Shown here one piece after another: positions 18,574-31,194 of a DNA stretch of 64,000 nucleotides. This DNA comes from Acidimicrobiales bacterium (GTDB lineage: Bacteria; Actinomycetota; Acidimicrobiia; Acidimicrobiales; Bog-793). A model generated the notes under the pieces. That model worked only from the letters and a program-made list of their open reading frames with translations, had not been told where the DNA came from and made no database searches. The DNA is taken from positions 20,907 to 84,906 of the forward strand of contig JBEKLQ010000003.1 in the NCBI GenBank assembly GCA_050010115.1. Direction: 5' to 3'. The position numbers and the translations under genes were made by a program. Position 1 is the stretch's first letter. Each line of letters opens with the position of its first letter.

Positions 18574-18574
<1 letters not shown>
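18128..18574 (-). CDS. ftsB: Septum formation initiator family protein (FtsB/DivIC-like)
   Basis: 148 aa with a single N-terminal TM segment (IFLLVSFVAGIAIVA) followed by a coiled coil (TSQLTELQAENRSLASEVSSL). It lies immediately downstream of eno with a 1-nt TGATG overlap. Confidence 0.8.
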
Positions 18575-21459
<2,885 letters not shown>

Positions 21460-21463
<4 letters not shown>

Positions 21464-21503
21464 CCGAGATCCGCCACGGCCGTCACCCGAGATCCGCCAC
21501 GGC
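21460..21503. repeat. 23-bp tandem duplication (TCACCCGAGATCCGCCACGGC twice) spanning the mazG start codon
   Basis: Copies at 21460-21480 and 21483-21503, read directly. The GTG start (21463..21461) lies inside copy 1. Confidence 0.95.
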
Positions 21504-21564
21504 TGGCGCTAGGAGCCGGGACAGCAGCTACCGGCGCGGCGGGAGCCGGGGGGCACCGGGGCGG

Positions 21565-22650
21565 TCATGCAGCCGCCCCCAGGACGGCGTTCTCGTTCGG
21601 TGCGAATTTCGAAGCCCGGTCAGGTGGCGGGGTGATGGCCACTTGGATGCCCGCGCTGGACACCGTGGATGCCCACGCGCCGTAGATCGGTGCGACCGCG
21701 ATCTTGGAATGCTGGAGCGCCTGCCCGTACAGCTTTTGGAACGCCGTCTGCTCTGTCGTCGCCAGTTGCGCCAACATGCCCGCAGCGGGCTCGAGCTTGC
21801 GACTGGTCACGAGCAACAGGAGCCAGTGCCCATTGAACGACACCGGTTGACTGACCTGCCCCACCTTGAGCGCCACGACCTTCGGGCCGAGCGCAGCGAC
21901 CCACTGGCTTTTGAGGGGGCACCCGATCGCGCCGCCCGCGCCGGTCCCTTGGCCCTTGTGAGCGTTTGCTACCGTTGCGAACTTGGCACCGGCACGGATT
22001 TGCCCGTAGAGCTGCTGGGCAAGCTTGCGCGTCGTCACCTCGATGACCGAGGTGCACGACTCGGTCGTCGAAACAACGTGCGCCTGCTCGTAGCTGGCGA
22101 GGGCTCCGGGCTGAAGCGACGTGCCGGCGAGGTGCGCGTCGACTGCGTCCTCTTCGAGCTGCTCGGTGTCGAAGGCGTCGCGGAACGACGTCCCGAGCCC
22201 ATTGATGATCGACTGCGCCGTGCCTTTGCACGTGCTGCCGCTCTCAGAGGTGCTCTCCAGCTGGGCTGCTGCCCCCGACTCGACCTGTTGGCCGGCGAGG
22301 GTCATGTCGCTCGAGGGCGTCGCGAGGTGCAACGAGGTGACGATCTGGTGCGTGACGGCGAACTTGACGAGCTGTGTGAGCACCGCCTCGGCATAGTGCA
22401 GGTCGTAGGTCCCGACCCCCGCTCCAACGGTCCGGCTGGTCGCACCAGTGGTCAGGCCACCGATGCAGAGAAACCCAGAATCTCGCGCCAACGCAGCCAT
22501 CGTCGAGTTGAGCTGGCCGGTGGTGACCGCTGTGGTCGTCCCGTTGCTCTGCACGGTGGCGACGGCCGACGACGACGACGTCACGTTGCACGCCGACGAC
22601 ACGAGCGAGAGGGCGGCAAGGGCGGCGACGGTGACGAGGAACCGCTTCAC
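21565..22650 (-). CDS. Probable lipoprotein with a degenerate parvulin/PpiC-like C-terminal domain
   Basis: 361 aa. N-terminus MKRFLVTVAALAALSLVSSAC is lipobox-like. The C-terminal AGAKFATVANAH...GGAIGCPLKS...LKVGQVSQPVSFNGHWLLLLV resembles the PpiC pattern but lacks the usual HILV His. The GTG start overlaps the mfd stop (GTGA). Confidence 0.55.
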   Translation of the reverse strand: MKRFLVTVAALAALSLVSSACNVTSSSSAVATVQSNGTTTAVTTGQLNSTMAALARDSGFLCIGGLTTGATSRTVGAGVGTYDLHYAEAVLTQLVKFAVTHQIVTSLHLATPSSDMTLAGQQVESGAAAQLESTSESGSTCKGTAQSIINGLGTSFRDAFDTEQLEEDAVDAHLAGTSLQPGALASYEQAHVVSTTESCTSVIEVTTRKLAQQLYGQIRAGAKFATVANAHKGQGTGAGGAIGCPLKSQWVAALGPKVVALKVGQVSQPVSFNGHWLLLLVTSRKLEPAAGMLAQLATTEQTAFQKLYGQALQHSKIAVAPIYGAWASTVSSAGIQVAITPPPDRASKFAPNENAVLGAAA

Positions 22651-25600
22651 GATGCGGTGATCGTAGGGGCACCACCGGCGGGTGGGCCAGTCACGGGCCC
22701 CGCTGCCGCGGCGGGAAGGAGCTCGCCGAGGAGCACCACGACTCGCTGGGCGACGTCGTCACCTACTGGCATGGGCACGATCAACTGGCCGACGTCCTGT
22801 TTGAGGATCGCCCGCGGCTGGACACGCTTCAGCCGGATCTCGGACGACACGGGGAGGTGAATCGGCGAGATACGCACGACCACCTCGCCCAGCCGACCCG
22901 GACCGCCGGCGCCAGGCTTGGCCGCCGCCGCCGTGACCTCCGTGACACCGGTCCGGGCGCATTCGGCCCGCAGCCGGCCGACGTCGAGGAGCGCCTCGGC
23001 CTGCGGCGGGAGCGGCCCGTAGCGGTCGGACCATTCCCGCCGGATGTCCTCGACCGTCGCTGGGTCGCGCACTTCGACCAGACGTCGGTACGCCTCGAGC
23101 CGCAGGTCCTCACGGCCGACGTACGAGGCCGGGAGCGAAGCCTTGATCGGCAGGTCGACGGTGATCTCGGTCGGGACCCGGATCGGCTCGCCCTTGAGCT
23201 CGGCGACGGCTTCCGACACCATGCGGACGTACAGGTCGTAGCCGACGGCACTGATGTGGCCCGACTGGTCGCGACCGAGCAGGTTGCCGGCGCCCCTGAT
23301 CTCGAGATCCCGCATGGCGATCTTGAAACCCGACCCCAGCTCGGTATGGTCCCCGATCGTCCTCAGCCGCTCGTAGGCCTGCTCGGTCAAGACCCGCTCC
23401 GGGGGGAACAGCAGGTAGGCGTACGCCCGCCGGCCTGACCGGCCGACGCGACCACGAAGCTGGTGCAGCTGCCCGAGACCCAGCATGTCCGCCCGGTCGA
23501 CGACGAGCGTGTTGACCGTAGGCATGTCGATGCCGGACTCGATGATGGTCGTGCAGACGAGCACGTCGTATCGCCCCTCGGAGAAATCGAGGACGACCTG
23601 CTCGAGGCTGCCCTCGTCCAGCTGGCCGTGGGCGACGGCGATCCGGGCATCGGGCACGAGAGAGCGCAGATCGCGTGCGACCTTCTCGATGTCCATCACC
23701 CGGTTGTGCACGTAGAAGACCTGGCCCTCGCGGAGCACCTCGCGGCGGATCGCTTCGGCGACCGCCCGGTCGTCGTACTCCCCCACGAAGGTCAGGATCG
23801 GCTGGCGCTCGACCGGGGGGGTGTTGATGAGCGTGAGATCGCGGATACCCGTGAGGCTCAGCTCCAGCGTCCGCGGGATCGGGCTCGCCGTGAGCGTGAG
23901 AACGTCGACCCCTGACGAGATCTGTTTGATCGCTTCCTTGTGGCTCACGCCGAAGCGCTGCTCCTCGTCGATGACGAGCAAGCCGAGCTTGGAGAACCGG
24001 ACGTCGCCCGCCAGCACCCGGTGCGTCCCGACGACCAGGTCGACCGAACCATCGGCCAGCCCGTCGACAACCTTGCGAGCCTCGCCCGAGGTGAGGAATC
24101 GCGACAGCATCTCGACCCGCACAGGATAGGGGGCATAACGCTCTGCGAACGTCTGGTAGTGCTGCTGGGCCAGCAACGTCGTCGGCACGAGCACGGCTGC
24201 CTGGTAGCCGTCCTGGATCGCCTTGAACACCGCCCTCACCGCAACTTCGGTCTTGCCGAAGCCGACGTCCCCGCACACGAGGCGATCCATCGGGATGGGC
24301 AGCTCCATGTCGGCCTTGACGTCGGCGACAGCCGTCAGCTGATCGGGTGTCTCCGGGTAGGGAAAGGCCTGTTCCAGCTCTGCCTGCCACGGCGTGTCCG
24401 GTGTGAACGGGTGCCCTGGCTCGGTCGCCCGCCGGCGGTACAGGGCGACCAGCTCCTTGGCTATCTCCCTGACGGCTGAGCGAACTCGGGACTTCTGCTT
24501 CTGCCACTCGTGGCCGCCGAGCCGATTCAGGCTCGGGTGGTCACCGCCGGCGTACGGCGTGATCGAGTCGATCTGGTCGGACGGCACGTAAAGCCGGTCG
24601 CCGCCCCGGTACTCGAGCAGCAGGTAGTCCCGCTCGGACCCGCCGATGGCCCGCTTGACGAGCCCGCCGTAGCGGGCGACGCCGTGGATGTGGTGGACGA
24701 CGTAGGCCCCCGGCTCCAGATCGTCGAAGAAACCCTCCACCGGTCTCGCCCTCGGCCTCGCCACCCGGTGCGGCCGGCGCCGGCCCGTGATGTCGGGCTC
24801 AGCGAGGATCGCCAGCTTCGAATCGGGAAGCAGCGCACCCCGATCGAGAGGCGCGACGACGATGTGGACGCCCGGCTGGCGCAGTGCTCGGTCGAAGCCG
24901 GGGCCGGCGCCGCCGGCTTCCGCCTCACCGGAGCGAGCACGGTTGGCCGAGCCGCCCGCTACCGCGTCACCGGCGCGAGGGTCTCCGAGCAGCTTGGCCT
25001 CGAGTCCCTCACCGTCGAGGACGGAGGCGAGTCGCTCGGCGCTGCCGCTGCCGTCGGCGCAGATCACGACGCGATGTCCCGATCTGGCGAGGTCCCCGAG
25101 CCGCCTGGCGAGCCCGGCCGAGTCGCCGAGCACCGGTGGCCAGCCCCGGGCGGCGAGGACGGTCGTGTCCGCCCGATCCGCTGTCGGCAGGAGCGAGGCG
25201 AGCCGGGCACCGGTCTTGGCCAGCAGCCGGTCGAACGGCAGGTGCAAGCGCGCCATCTCCACCGGCACTCCCGGGTCGGCGGTCCAGGTGGAGGCGAGGG
25301 TGTCGGCGAGTGCGGTTTCTTCCTCGATCAGCTCGGTGGCGCGGTCCCGTAGGCGTCGCGGGTCGATCAACACGACTCGGGCGCCAGGGGGCAGCAGGTC
25401 GGTGAAGAGGCGCTCGGAGTGGGTGAGCCACGGGAGCCACGACTCCATGCCGTCGAACAGCAACCCTTCGGCGATCCGGTCGAAGACGTCTCTCGCGATT
25501 GGTGAGTCGTGCGCCAGCTGCCGGGCGCGGTCGCGCACCTCATCGGTCAGTACGAGCTCGCGGCAGCCGAAGATCTCGACGTGGTCGAGCTCGGCGACCG

Positions 25601-26267
25601 ACCGCTGGTCGCCGACGTCGAAACGAGTCAGCCGCTCGACCTCGTCACCCCACAGGTCGATCCGCACCCCGTGATCGTCGGTCGACGGGAAGACGTCGAT
25701 GATGCCGCCCCGGACGGCGAGCTCGCCCCGGTGCTCCACCTGGTACTCGCGCCGGTACCCGGCATGGACCAAGCGGGCGACGAGCGCGACGGCGTCAACC
25801 TGTATCCCGCGCTCGACGACGATCGGTTGGACGTCCTCGACCGGCGGGCCGAGCTGTTGCAACAGCGCCCGGATTGGGGCGATGACGACCCGCGGTCCGG
25901 CCCCTGCACCGGCTTCACCGGATCCCGCCTCACCCTGCGGGTGGTGGAGCCGCCACATCGCTCGCAGGCGGCGGCCCATCGTGTCGGTCGCTGGGGACAC
26001 CCGCTCGAACGGCAAGGTCTCCCACGCCGGCAGCACGTCGACGTGGTCCCGCCCGACGAAGGCGATCAGGTCGTGCTCGAGCTGCTCGGCCTCCCTGGCC
26101 GTGGGCGTCGCCACGAGGATGACCGGAGCGCTGCTGAGCTCGGCCATGGCCGCCAGCACGATCGCCCGAGCCGGCTCCGGCACGGCGACGATGGCGTCGT
26201 CGGCCGACAACAGCTCGGCGATCGCGGCCTCGCCGGAGAGCAGTCCTGGCAGAGCGGAGAGGGTCAC
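22647..26267 (-). CDS. mfd: Transcription-repair coupling factor
   Basis: 1206 aa. Helicase motifs GDVGFGKTEVA and LVIDEEQRFGV, the TRG region and the overall length match Mfd. Confidence 0.97.
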   Translation of the reverse strand: MTLSALPGLLSGEAAIAELLSADDAIVAVPEPARAIVLAAMAELSSAPVILVATPTAREAEQLEHDLIAFVGRDHVDVLPAWETLPFERVSPATDTMGRRLRAMWRLHHPQGEAGSGEAGAGAGPRVVIAPIRALLQQLGPPVEDVQPIVVERGIQVDAVALVARLVHAGYRREYQVEHRGELAVRGGIIDVFPSTDDHGVRIDLWGDEVERLTRFDVGDQRSVAELDHVEIFGCRELVLTDEVRDRARQLAHDSPIARDVFDRIAEGLLFDGMESWLPWLTHSERLFTDLLPPGARVVLIDPRRLRDRATELIEEETALADTLASTWTADPGVPVEMARLHLPFDRLLAKTGARLASLLPTADRADTTVLAARGWPPVLGDSAGLARRLGDLARSGHRVVICADGSGSAERLASVLDGEGLEAKLLGDPRAGDAVAGGSANRARSGEAEAGGAGPGFDRALRQPGVHIVVAPLDRGALLPDSKLAILAEPDITGRRRPHRVARPRARPVEGFFDDLEPGAYVVHHIHGVARYGGLVKRAIGGSERDYLLLEYRGGDRLYVPSDQIDSITPYAGGDHPSLNRLGGHEWQKQKSRVRSAVREIAKELVALYRRRATEPGHPFTPDTPWQAELEQAFPYPETPDQLTAVADVKADMELPIPMDRLVCGDVGFGKTEVAVRAVFKAIQDGYQAAVLVPTTLLAQQHYQTFAERYAPYPVRVEMLSRFLTSGEARKVVDGLADGSVDLVVGTHRVLAGDVRFSKLGLLVIDEEQRFGVSHKEAIKQISSGVDVLTLTASPIPRTLELSLTGIRDLTLINTPPVERQPILTFVGEYDDRAVAEAIRREVLREGQVFYVHNRVMDIEKVARDLRSLVPDARIAVAHGQLDEGSLEQVVLDFSEGRYDVLVCTTIIESGIDMPTVNTLVVDRADMLGLGQLHQLRGRVGRSGRRAYAYLLFPPERVLTEQAYERLRTIGDHTELGSGFKIAMRDLEIRGAGNLLGRDQSGHISAVGYDLYVRMVSEAVAELKGEPIRVPTEITVDLPIKASLPASYVGREDLRLEAYRRLVEVRDPATVEDIRREWSDRYGPLPPQAEALLDVGRLRAECARTGVTEVTAAAAKPGAGGPGRLGEVVVRISPIHLPVSSEIRLKRVQPRAILKQDVGQLIVPMPVGDDVAQRVVVLLGELLPAAAAGPVTGPPAGGAPTITAS

Positions 26268-26839
26268 TGCCGTGTGTTGTACACGTTCATCGCTGCCGCT
26301 ACGCCGTCAGCCAAGATGGCCTCTACGGCGTCCGCCGCCACCTCGACCGCCACCTCGAGCAGCTCCCGCTCCGCTTTCGACGGGCGTTTCAGGACATGGT
26401 TGACGCCTTCAGCGCGGCCGGGCGGTTTGCCGATGCCGATGCGGACCCGGATGAAGTCCCGTCGATGGAGGTGGGCCTCGATCGACCGGAGCCCGTTGTG
26501 GCCGGCCGTCCCACCGCCGGCCTTCACCCTCACGGTCCCCGGGGGCAGGTCGAGCTCGTCGTGAACGATGAGCAGCCGTTCAGAGTCGAAGTCGGCGCCC
26601 AGGTAGCGCTTGGAAAGCGAGCGAACCGCCAGGCCCGAGTCGTTCACGTAGGTCTGCGGCACAGCCAGGATCAGCAGCTTGCCGCCGATACGTGTGGCTC
26701 CCGTCTCAGCCGAAGTACCCCGTTCGCTCCGCAACCGGACCTGGTGGCGTGCCGCCACCCGCCGTACGGCGAGGCCTCCGAAGTTGTGGCGTGACCCGTC
26801 GTACTCGACGCCAGGGTTCGCTAGGCCGACCGCGACCAG
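26264..26839 (-). CDS. pth: Peptidyl-tRNA hydrolase (start codon non-canonical or uncertain)
   Basis: The track ORF begins only at GTG 26758. The same frame upstream encodes LVAVGLANPGVEYDGSRHNFGG (Pth N-terminal motif with the catalytic His), with no ATG/GTG/TTG after the in-frame TGA at 26962-26960. CTG codons lie at 26839 and 26881. Confidence 0.85.
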   Translation of the reverse strand: MVAVGLANPGVEYDGSRHNFGGLAVRRVAARHQVRLRSERGTSAETGATRIGGKLLILAVPQTYVNDSGLAVRSLSKRYLGADFDSERLLIVHDELDLPPGTVRVKAGGGTAGHNGLRSIEAHLHRRDFIRVRIGIGKPPGRAEGVNHVLKRPSKAERELLEVAVEVAADAVEAILADGVAAAMNVYNTRQ

Positions 26840-26877
26840 GTCGGCACCGGATGTGGTGTCGGTGGACCTCGGAAACT

Positions 26878-27528
26878 TCAGACCGCGTCCGCCGACTCGT
26901 CGGCAGCCTCGGCAGGCGCCTCGGCCTCGGCCTCGGCCTCGCCCTCGGCGGCCACAGCCTCAACGAGAGCGGCGCGGCCCACGTGTGCCACGACGACCGG
27001 GCTGTCCGGATCTTCGTCAAGCTCGACACCGTCGGGGAGCGCGATGTCCGCTGCCCGGATGGAGTCACCGATCTCGAGGTTGGAGATGTCGATCTCCACG
27101 TAGGGAGGCAGATCACCAGGCTTCGCCTTGATGGCGAGCGACTGCATCTCCAGGTCGACGGTGCCATCGTCGCGGTACACAGCCGCCGCCTCGCCGATCA
27201 GGACGATCGGGATCTCAGCGGCAATGACCTCGTCGCGGCGCACGACCTGGAAATCGACGTGGACCACCGTGTGGCGAACCGGGTCGCGCTGCAGCTGCCG
27301 CGCCATGGCGAGGTGCTCACCGTCACCGATGGCGAGACGTAGCAGGGCCCGGGAACCGGCTGGCGACCCGAGCGCCTGGCGAAGATCCTTGCTGTCGACG
27401 GACACCGGGATGGGCTCGATGCCGTGGCCGTAGACGACGGCGGGGATTCGGCCCGCGGCGCGCAGCCGGCGGCTGTCGCTGCTGCCGCTCGGGCGGCCAG
27501 GCTCGGCGACCAGTTTGATGTCAGGCAT
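26878..27528 (-). CDS. rplY: 50S ribosomal protein L25 / general stress protein Ctc
   Basis: Starts at ATG 27528 (codon 30 of the track ORF), preceded by AGGAG. Sequence MPDIKLVAEPGRPSGSSDSRRLRAAGRIPAVVYG... with an acidic EAEAEAEA tail. Confidence 0.92.
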   Translation of the reverse strand: MPDIKLVAEPGRPSGSSDSRRLRAAGRIPAVVYGHGIEPIPVSVDSKDLRQALGSPAGSRALLRLAIGDGEHLAMARQLQRDPVRHTVVHVDFQVVRRDEVIAAEIPIVLIGEAAAVYRDDGTVDLEMQSLAIKAKPGDLPPYVEIDISNLEIGDSIRAADIALPDGVELDEDPDSPVVVAHVGRAALVEAVAAEGEAEAEAEAPAEAADESADAV

Positions 27529-30073
27529 GAGACGAGCTCCTACGAGAGATTGCGATCGATCGATCGACTTGACCGGCGGCTGACCTGCGGCTGGCTTGCA
27601 AACCGTGGCCTCCACCGGACGACCGAAGAAGTCTAGGGGAATCCTGGATGGCCCGGATCACGGGCCCGTGCGCCGACCCGGTCCGAGGCGAGTGCTTCGG
27701 AGGCGGGCTGATCGCGAACTGCACCGAGCCGGTCCCGGGCAGGTAGAGCGCGCTCCCGCCGTAGGTCACCTTCACCGTCACCAGACCACTGGCGCTGAAG
27801 ATCATGGCGAACGTCGCTTCTGCCTCCGCACCCGACTCGTGATGGAGCGTGTTACCCGTGCACGAGGTGGCGCACCTCGATCCGGCCGGACCGCTGACGG
27901 ACACCGTCCCGGTCGGGGATCCGACCGCGCTGAGGCCGGTCACGGTTACCAGTATGTGGACGATCGAGCCCGGGACTGGGGCGGTTGCCGACGCCAGCTT
28001 GGAGGCCCGGACCGAGACACCGGCCCTCGAGATCTTCGGCCTCAGCACCGCCGACGTCGAAAGGAGGTAGTTGACGTCGCCGGTGTAGACCGCCCAGAAC
28101 GTCTCGGTCGCCGAGGTCACGACCAAGTCGCACGCCGCCAGGCCACCGTAGCCGAGGCCGACATAGCCGTTGTCACCGCATGTCGAGATCGCCGTGTACT
28201 TCACACCCGGGCGGGCTGACTCGAAGAATTCCATGCGTCCGGTCAATGGTGCGCCGGCTTCCGGCCCACTCGCCGTGGCCGTCAGCCTGAGGGCGGCGCC
28301 GACCGTCGGGCCCACGGTGACCGTGGTGAGCGACGTCTTGCTCGCCGCCCGGTCGGCGATCTCTACGATCGGGGTCGACGTCGCCGAGGCGTAGTTCGAG
28401 TCAGGCAGGACCGTGGCGGAGAAGGTGACCGCGACCGTGCTCGTGTACGTGTACGAGCACGACAGCTGCTCGGAGATGCTCGAGGGCCGGGTCAGCGTGC
28501 ACACCCGCAGGTGACTACCGTTCGCGAACACCTCGATCGAGCCGCTCGGGCCCGGAGTGATGCCGGACAGCCCCGAGACCAGCGCCGTCACCTGGATCGT
28601 GGTCCCGACCGGGGCCACGTTGGCGGCCACGCTGATGGTCGGAGCGGCGAGGGACACCCTGCGAGTGGCCTTGGCGGTCGCGGCCGCGTAGTTGGCATCG
28701 GCGGCCACCTGAGCCGTGAACTGGACGTCGCCGGCTCCCGGATACGTCACCGGGCAGGTGACCGACTCGGTGTCACCCGCCGTGATCGGGCCGCCGCAAC
28801 TGGTCAGCGCTGTAGCGCCCTGGAGCACCGTGATGGCGCCCGTCGGAGCCCCGACGACGGCGTTGCCGGTCACCGTGGCGGTCACCGAGTCGCTCTGGCC
28901 GGCGATTGGGCCGATCTCAGCCGTCGAGATGCCGACCGTCGGCGTCGCCGGGCTCGGAGTGAGATCGACCGGAACGGCGACAGCAGAGGTGTAACCGGCA
29001 TCGCCCCCGTACGACGCCGTGAACTCGAGCGGCTGGGTGCTCGTGATTGAGTAGGTGCACGAGGCCGTGCCCAGGGCGGGGAAGGCCTGATCCGAGCAGC
29101 TCAGGATCGGCTGCGGAGTTCCGCTGCCCACTGCCACGTCGACGGCGATCGACTCGGTGGGCGTAACTCCGGACACGCCGGTCAAGCTGGCGTCGATGGT
29201 GAGGACCTCGCCCGCCACCGGGGCCGTGTCCGACGATGACAGGGAGAGCGTGGGCGTGGCGGGCTGCGCCTCGACGATGGCCGGCACGCAAGAAGCCGAC
29301 AGGCCGTCGGACGAGTCGCCCGAGTACGTCGCCGTGATGGCGTTGTTCGTCTGCGTGAGCGTGAAGTCGCACGGCGCAAAGCTCGGCGCTGACGCGCTGG
29401 CACCTTGGATCAGCGCGGCATTGACGCAGGACCCGATCGGCGTGCTGTCGTCGAGGAACGTGACCGTGCCCGTCGGCGCAGCCGCCGCGTCGGGCGAGGA
29501 CGCGAGCACATCGGCGGTGATCTCGACCGCATCGCCGACGGCCGCTCCGGTACCGCCGGCGGTGACCGACACCGTCGTCGTCGTAGCCGAGTCCACTCCC
29601 GTGAGCTGCTGGGACTGCTGGCTGGGGGCGAACACGGGGTCACCCTGGTACACGGCGAAGTACGTGTCGGTGCCCGCCGCGGAGACTGGCGCCTGACACG
29701 AGCCCGAGCTCGACAACGGGATCGAGCCGGAGTTCGCCGACAACGTGACCTCGCACGCCTCGGGACCCGTGGTCGAGCCGACGAAGATGTCGACAGCGCC
29801 GGTCGGGTTCGACGTGGCGGTACCCGAGGCGTCCGAGACCGTCACCGCGAACGTGGCGAGGTCACCGACGACGGGTGCGCCTGCTGGCCCGCTCGGGTTG
29901 GCGACCGACACCGAGAGCGCCGTCGACGACGCAGTCGTGCCCGGTTGGCCCGAGATGGCCGACGCACCCGCCGCGGGCGCGGCGAACAGCGCGAGCGCCA
30001 GCAGGGTCGCGCCGACCACCGCCACCCCCTCCCCAGACCCTGCCAAGCGGCGGTGGCTGCGGTTACTCGACAT
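27521..30073 (-). CDS. Secreted protein of about 7 tandem bacterial Ig-like domains (Big_3_5-like)
   Basis: 850 aa with a signal peptide (VAVVGATLLALALFAAPAAGASA). Each repeat is ~95-105 aa with PTG(A/T)V(T/D)F-type strands, a Cys pair and Y(S/T)GD-type ends. The last ~55 aa form a basic tail. The stop overlaps the rplY start by 8 nt. RBS GAGGAGAG precedes ATG 30073. Confidence 0.8.
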   Translation of the reverse strand: MSSNRSHRRLAGSGEGVAVVGATLLALALFAAPAAGASAISGQPGTTASSTALSVSVANPSGPAGAPVVGDLATFAVTVSDASGTATSNPTGAVDIFVGSTTGPEACEVTLSANSGSIPLSSSGSCQAPVSAAGTDTYFAVYQGDPVFAPSQQSQQLTGVDSATTTTVSVTAGGTGAAVGDAVEITADVLASSPDAAAAPTGTVTFLDDSTPIGSCVNAALIQGASASAPSFAPCDFTLTQTNNAITATYSGDSSDGLSASCVPAIVEAQPATPTLSLSSSDTAPVAGEVLTIDASLTGVSGVTPTESIAVDVAVGSGTPQPILSCSDQAFPALGTASCTYSITSTQPLEFTASYGGDAGYTSAVAVPVDLTPSPATPTVGISTAEIGPIAGQSDSVTATVTGNAVVGAPTGAITVLQGATALTSCGGPITAGDTESVTCPVTYPGAGDVQFTAQVAADANYAAATAKATRRVSLAAPTISVAANVAPVGTTIQVTALVSGLSGITPGPSGSIEVFANGSHLRVCTLTRPSSISEQLSCSYTYTSTVAVTFSATVLPDSNYASATSTPIVEIADRAASKTSLTTVTVGPTVGAALRLTATASGPEAGAPLTGRMEFFESARPGVKYTAISTCGDNGYVGLGYGGLAACDLVVTSATETFWAVYTGDVNYLLSTSAVLRPKISRAGVSVRASKLASATAPVPGSIVHILVTVTGLSAVGSPTGTVSVSGPAGSRCATSCTGNTLHHESGAEAEATFAMIFSASGLVTVKVTYGGSALYLPGTGSVQFAISPPPKHSPRTGSAHGPVIRAIQDSPRLLRSSGGGHGLQASRRSAAGQVDRSIAISRRSSSHA

Positions 30074-30222
30074 GGTTGGCTCTCCTCGCTGTCGTGCGCC
30101 CGCCGATCGGCCAGGCGCGAGCCTCTAGAGGGCGATCAGCCATATTGACCCGCCCGAGACCCCGGCGCCAGTGCGTTCTCAACGCGCAAGGCGGCGCGTC
30201 GCCAACGGCCGGCAGGGCGCGC

Positions 30223-31194
30223 CTACAACAGGTTCTGTCCGCCGAAGATCTCCGACACCGACGTGTCCTCGAACACGGCGTCGATGGCATCGGCGATGAT
30301 CTTGGCCACCGAGATCACCTCGATCTTGTCGATCCTGCGCTCCTCGGGTAACGGCAAGGTGTTGGTGACGACTACGCGGGAGATGGGCGCGGCCTTCAGC
30401 CGATCGAGCGCCGGCCCCGACAGCACGGGGTGCGTGGCCATCACCCAGACGTCGATGGCCCCCTCTTCGATCAGGCGCTCGGCGGCGGCGCACATCGTGG
30501 CGGCGGTCCCGATGATGTCGTCGATCACGATGCAACAGCGGCCTTTGACGTCACCGACGATGTCCCGGGCCTCCACCTGGTCGGACAGCATGCCGGGCCG
30601 TCGCTTGTGCACGAGGGCGAGGTCAGCGCCGAGCTTCTGGGCGAAACTCTCGGCCACCTTCACCCGGCCGGCGTCCGGCGCCACGATCACGGCGTCGCCG
30701 GAGTCCTCACGCCGCAGGTAGTCGAGCAGCACCGGTGCGGCGGTCAGGTGATCGACCGGACCATCGAAGAAACCCTGAATCTGCCCCGAGTGCAGATCCA
30801 CACTCACGATCCGGTCCGCGCCGGCCACCGAGAGCAGGTCAGCGACCAGTTTGGCCGTGATCGGCTCCCGCCCGGTCGACTTCCGGTCCTGGCGGGAGTA
30901 GCCGTAGTACGGGCAGACGGCGGTGATCCGTTTCGCCGAGGCCCGCTTGGCGGCGTCGATCATGATCAGCATCTCCATGATGGCGTCGTTCACCGGAGCG
31001 GTGTGCGTCTGCACGATGAACAAGTCGACGCCACGGATCGAGGTCCCGTAGCGGCAGTGGAGCTCGCTGTCGGCGAACTCCCGCAGGTTCGTCTCCCCGA
31101 GCGAGACGCCGAGGCAGGCGGCGATCTCCGCCGCCAGCTCCGGATGTGACCGGCCGCTGACGAGCTCGAGACGGCGACGCGGCACCAGTTCCAT
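30223..31194 (-). CDS. prs: Ribose-phosphate pyrophosphokinase
   Basis: 323 aa. Contains ...DLHSGQIQGFF... and the PRPP-binding loop CIVIDDIIGTAATM. Confidence 0.96.
   Translation of the reverse strand: MELVPRRRLELVSGRSHPELAAEIAACLGVSLGETNLREFADSELHCRYGTSIRGVDLFIVQTHTAPVNDAIMEMLIMIDAAKRASAKRITAVCPYYGYSRQDRKSTGREPITAKLVADLLSVAGADRIVSVDLHSGQIQGFFDGPVDHLTAAPVLLDYLRREDSGDAVIVAPDAGRVKVAESFAQKLGADLALVHKRRPGMLSDQVEARDIVGDVKGRCCIVIDDIIGTAATMCAAAERLIEEGAIDVWVMATHPVLSGPALDRLKAAPISRVVVTNTLPLPEERRIDKIEVISVAKIIADAIDAVFEDTSVSEIFGGQNLL

Noticed and set aside
21643-26564. Several 280-405-aa plus-strand ORFs (21643..22860, 24510..25352, 24787..25674, 25509..26564)
   Set aside because: All are antisense shadows of the lipoprotein, mfd and pth genes. 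They have Arg/Pro-rich compositions and mutually overlapping frames.
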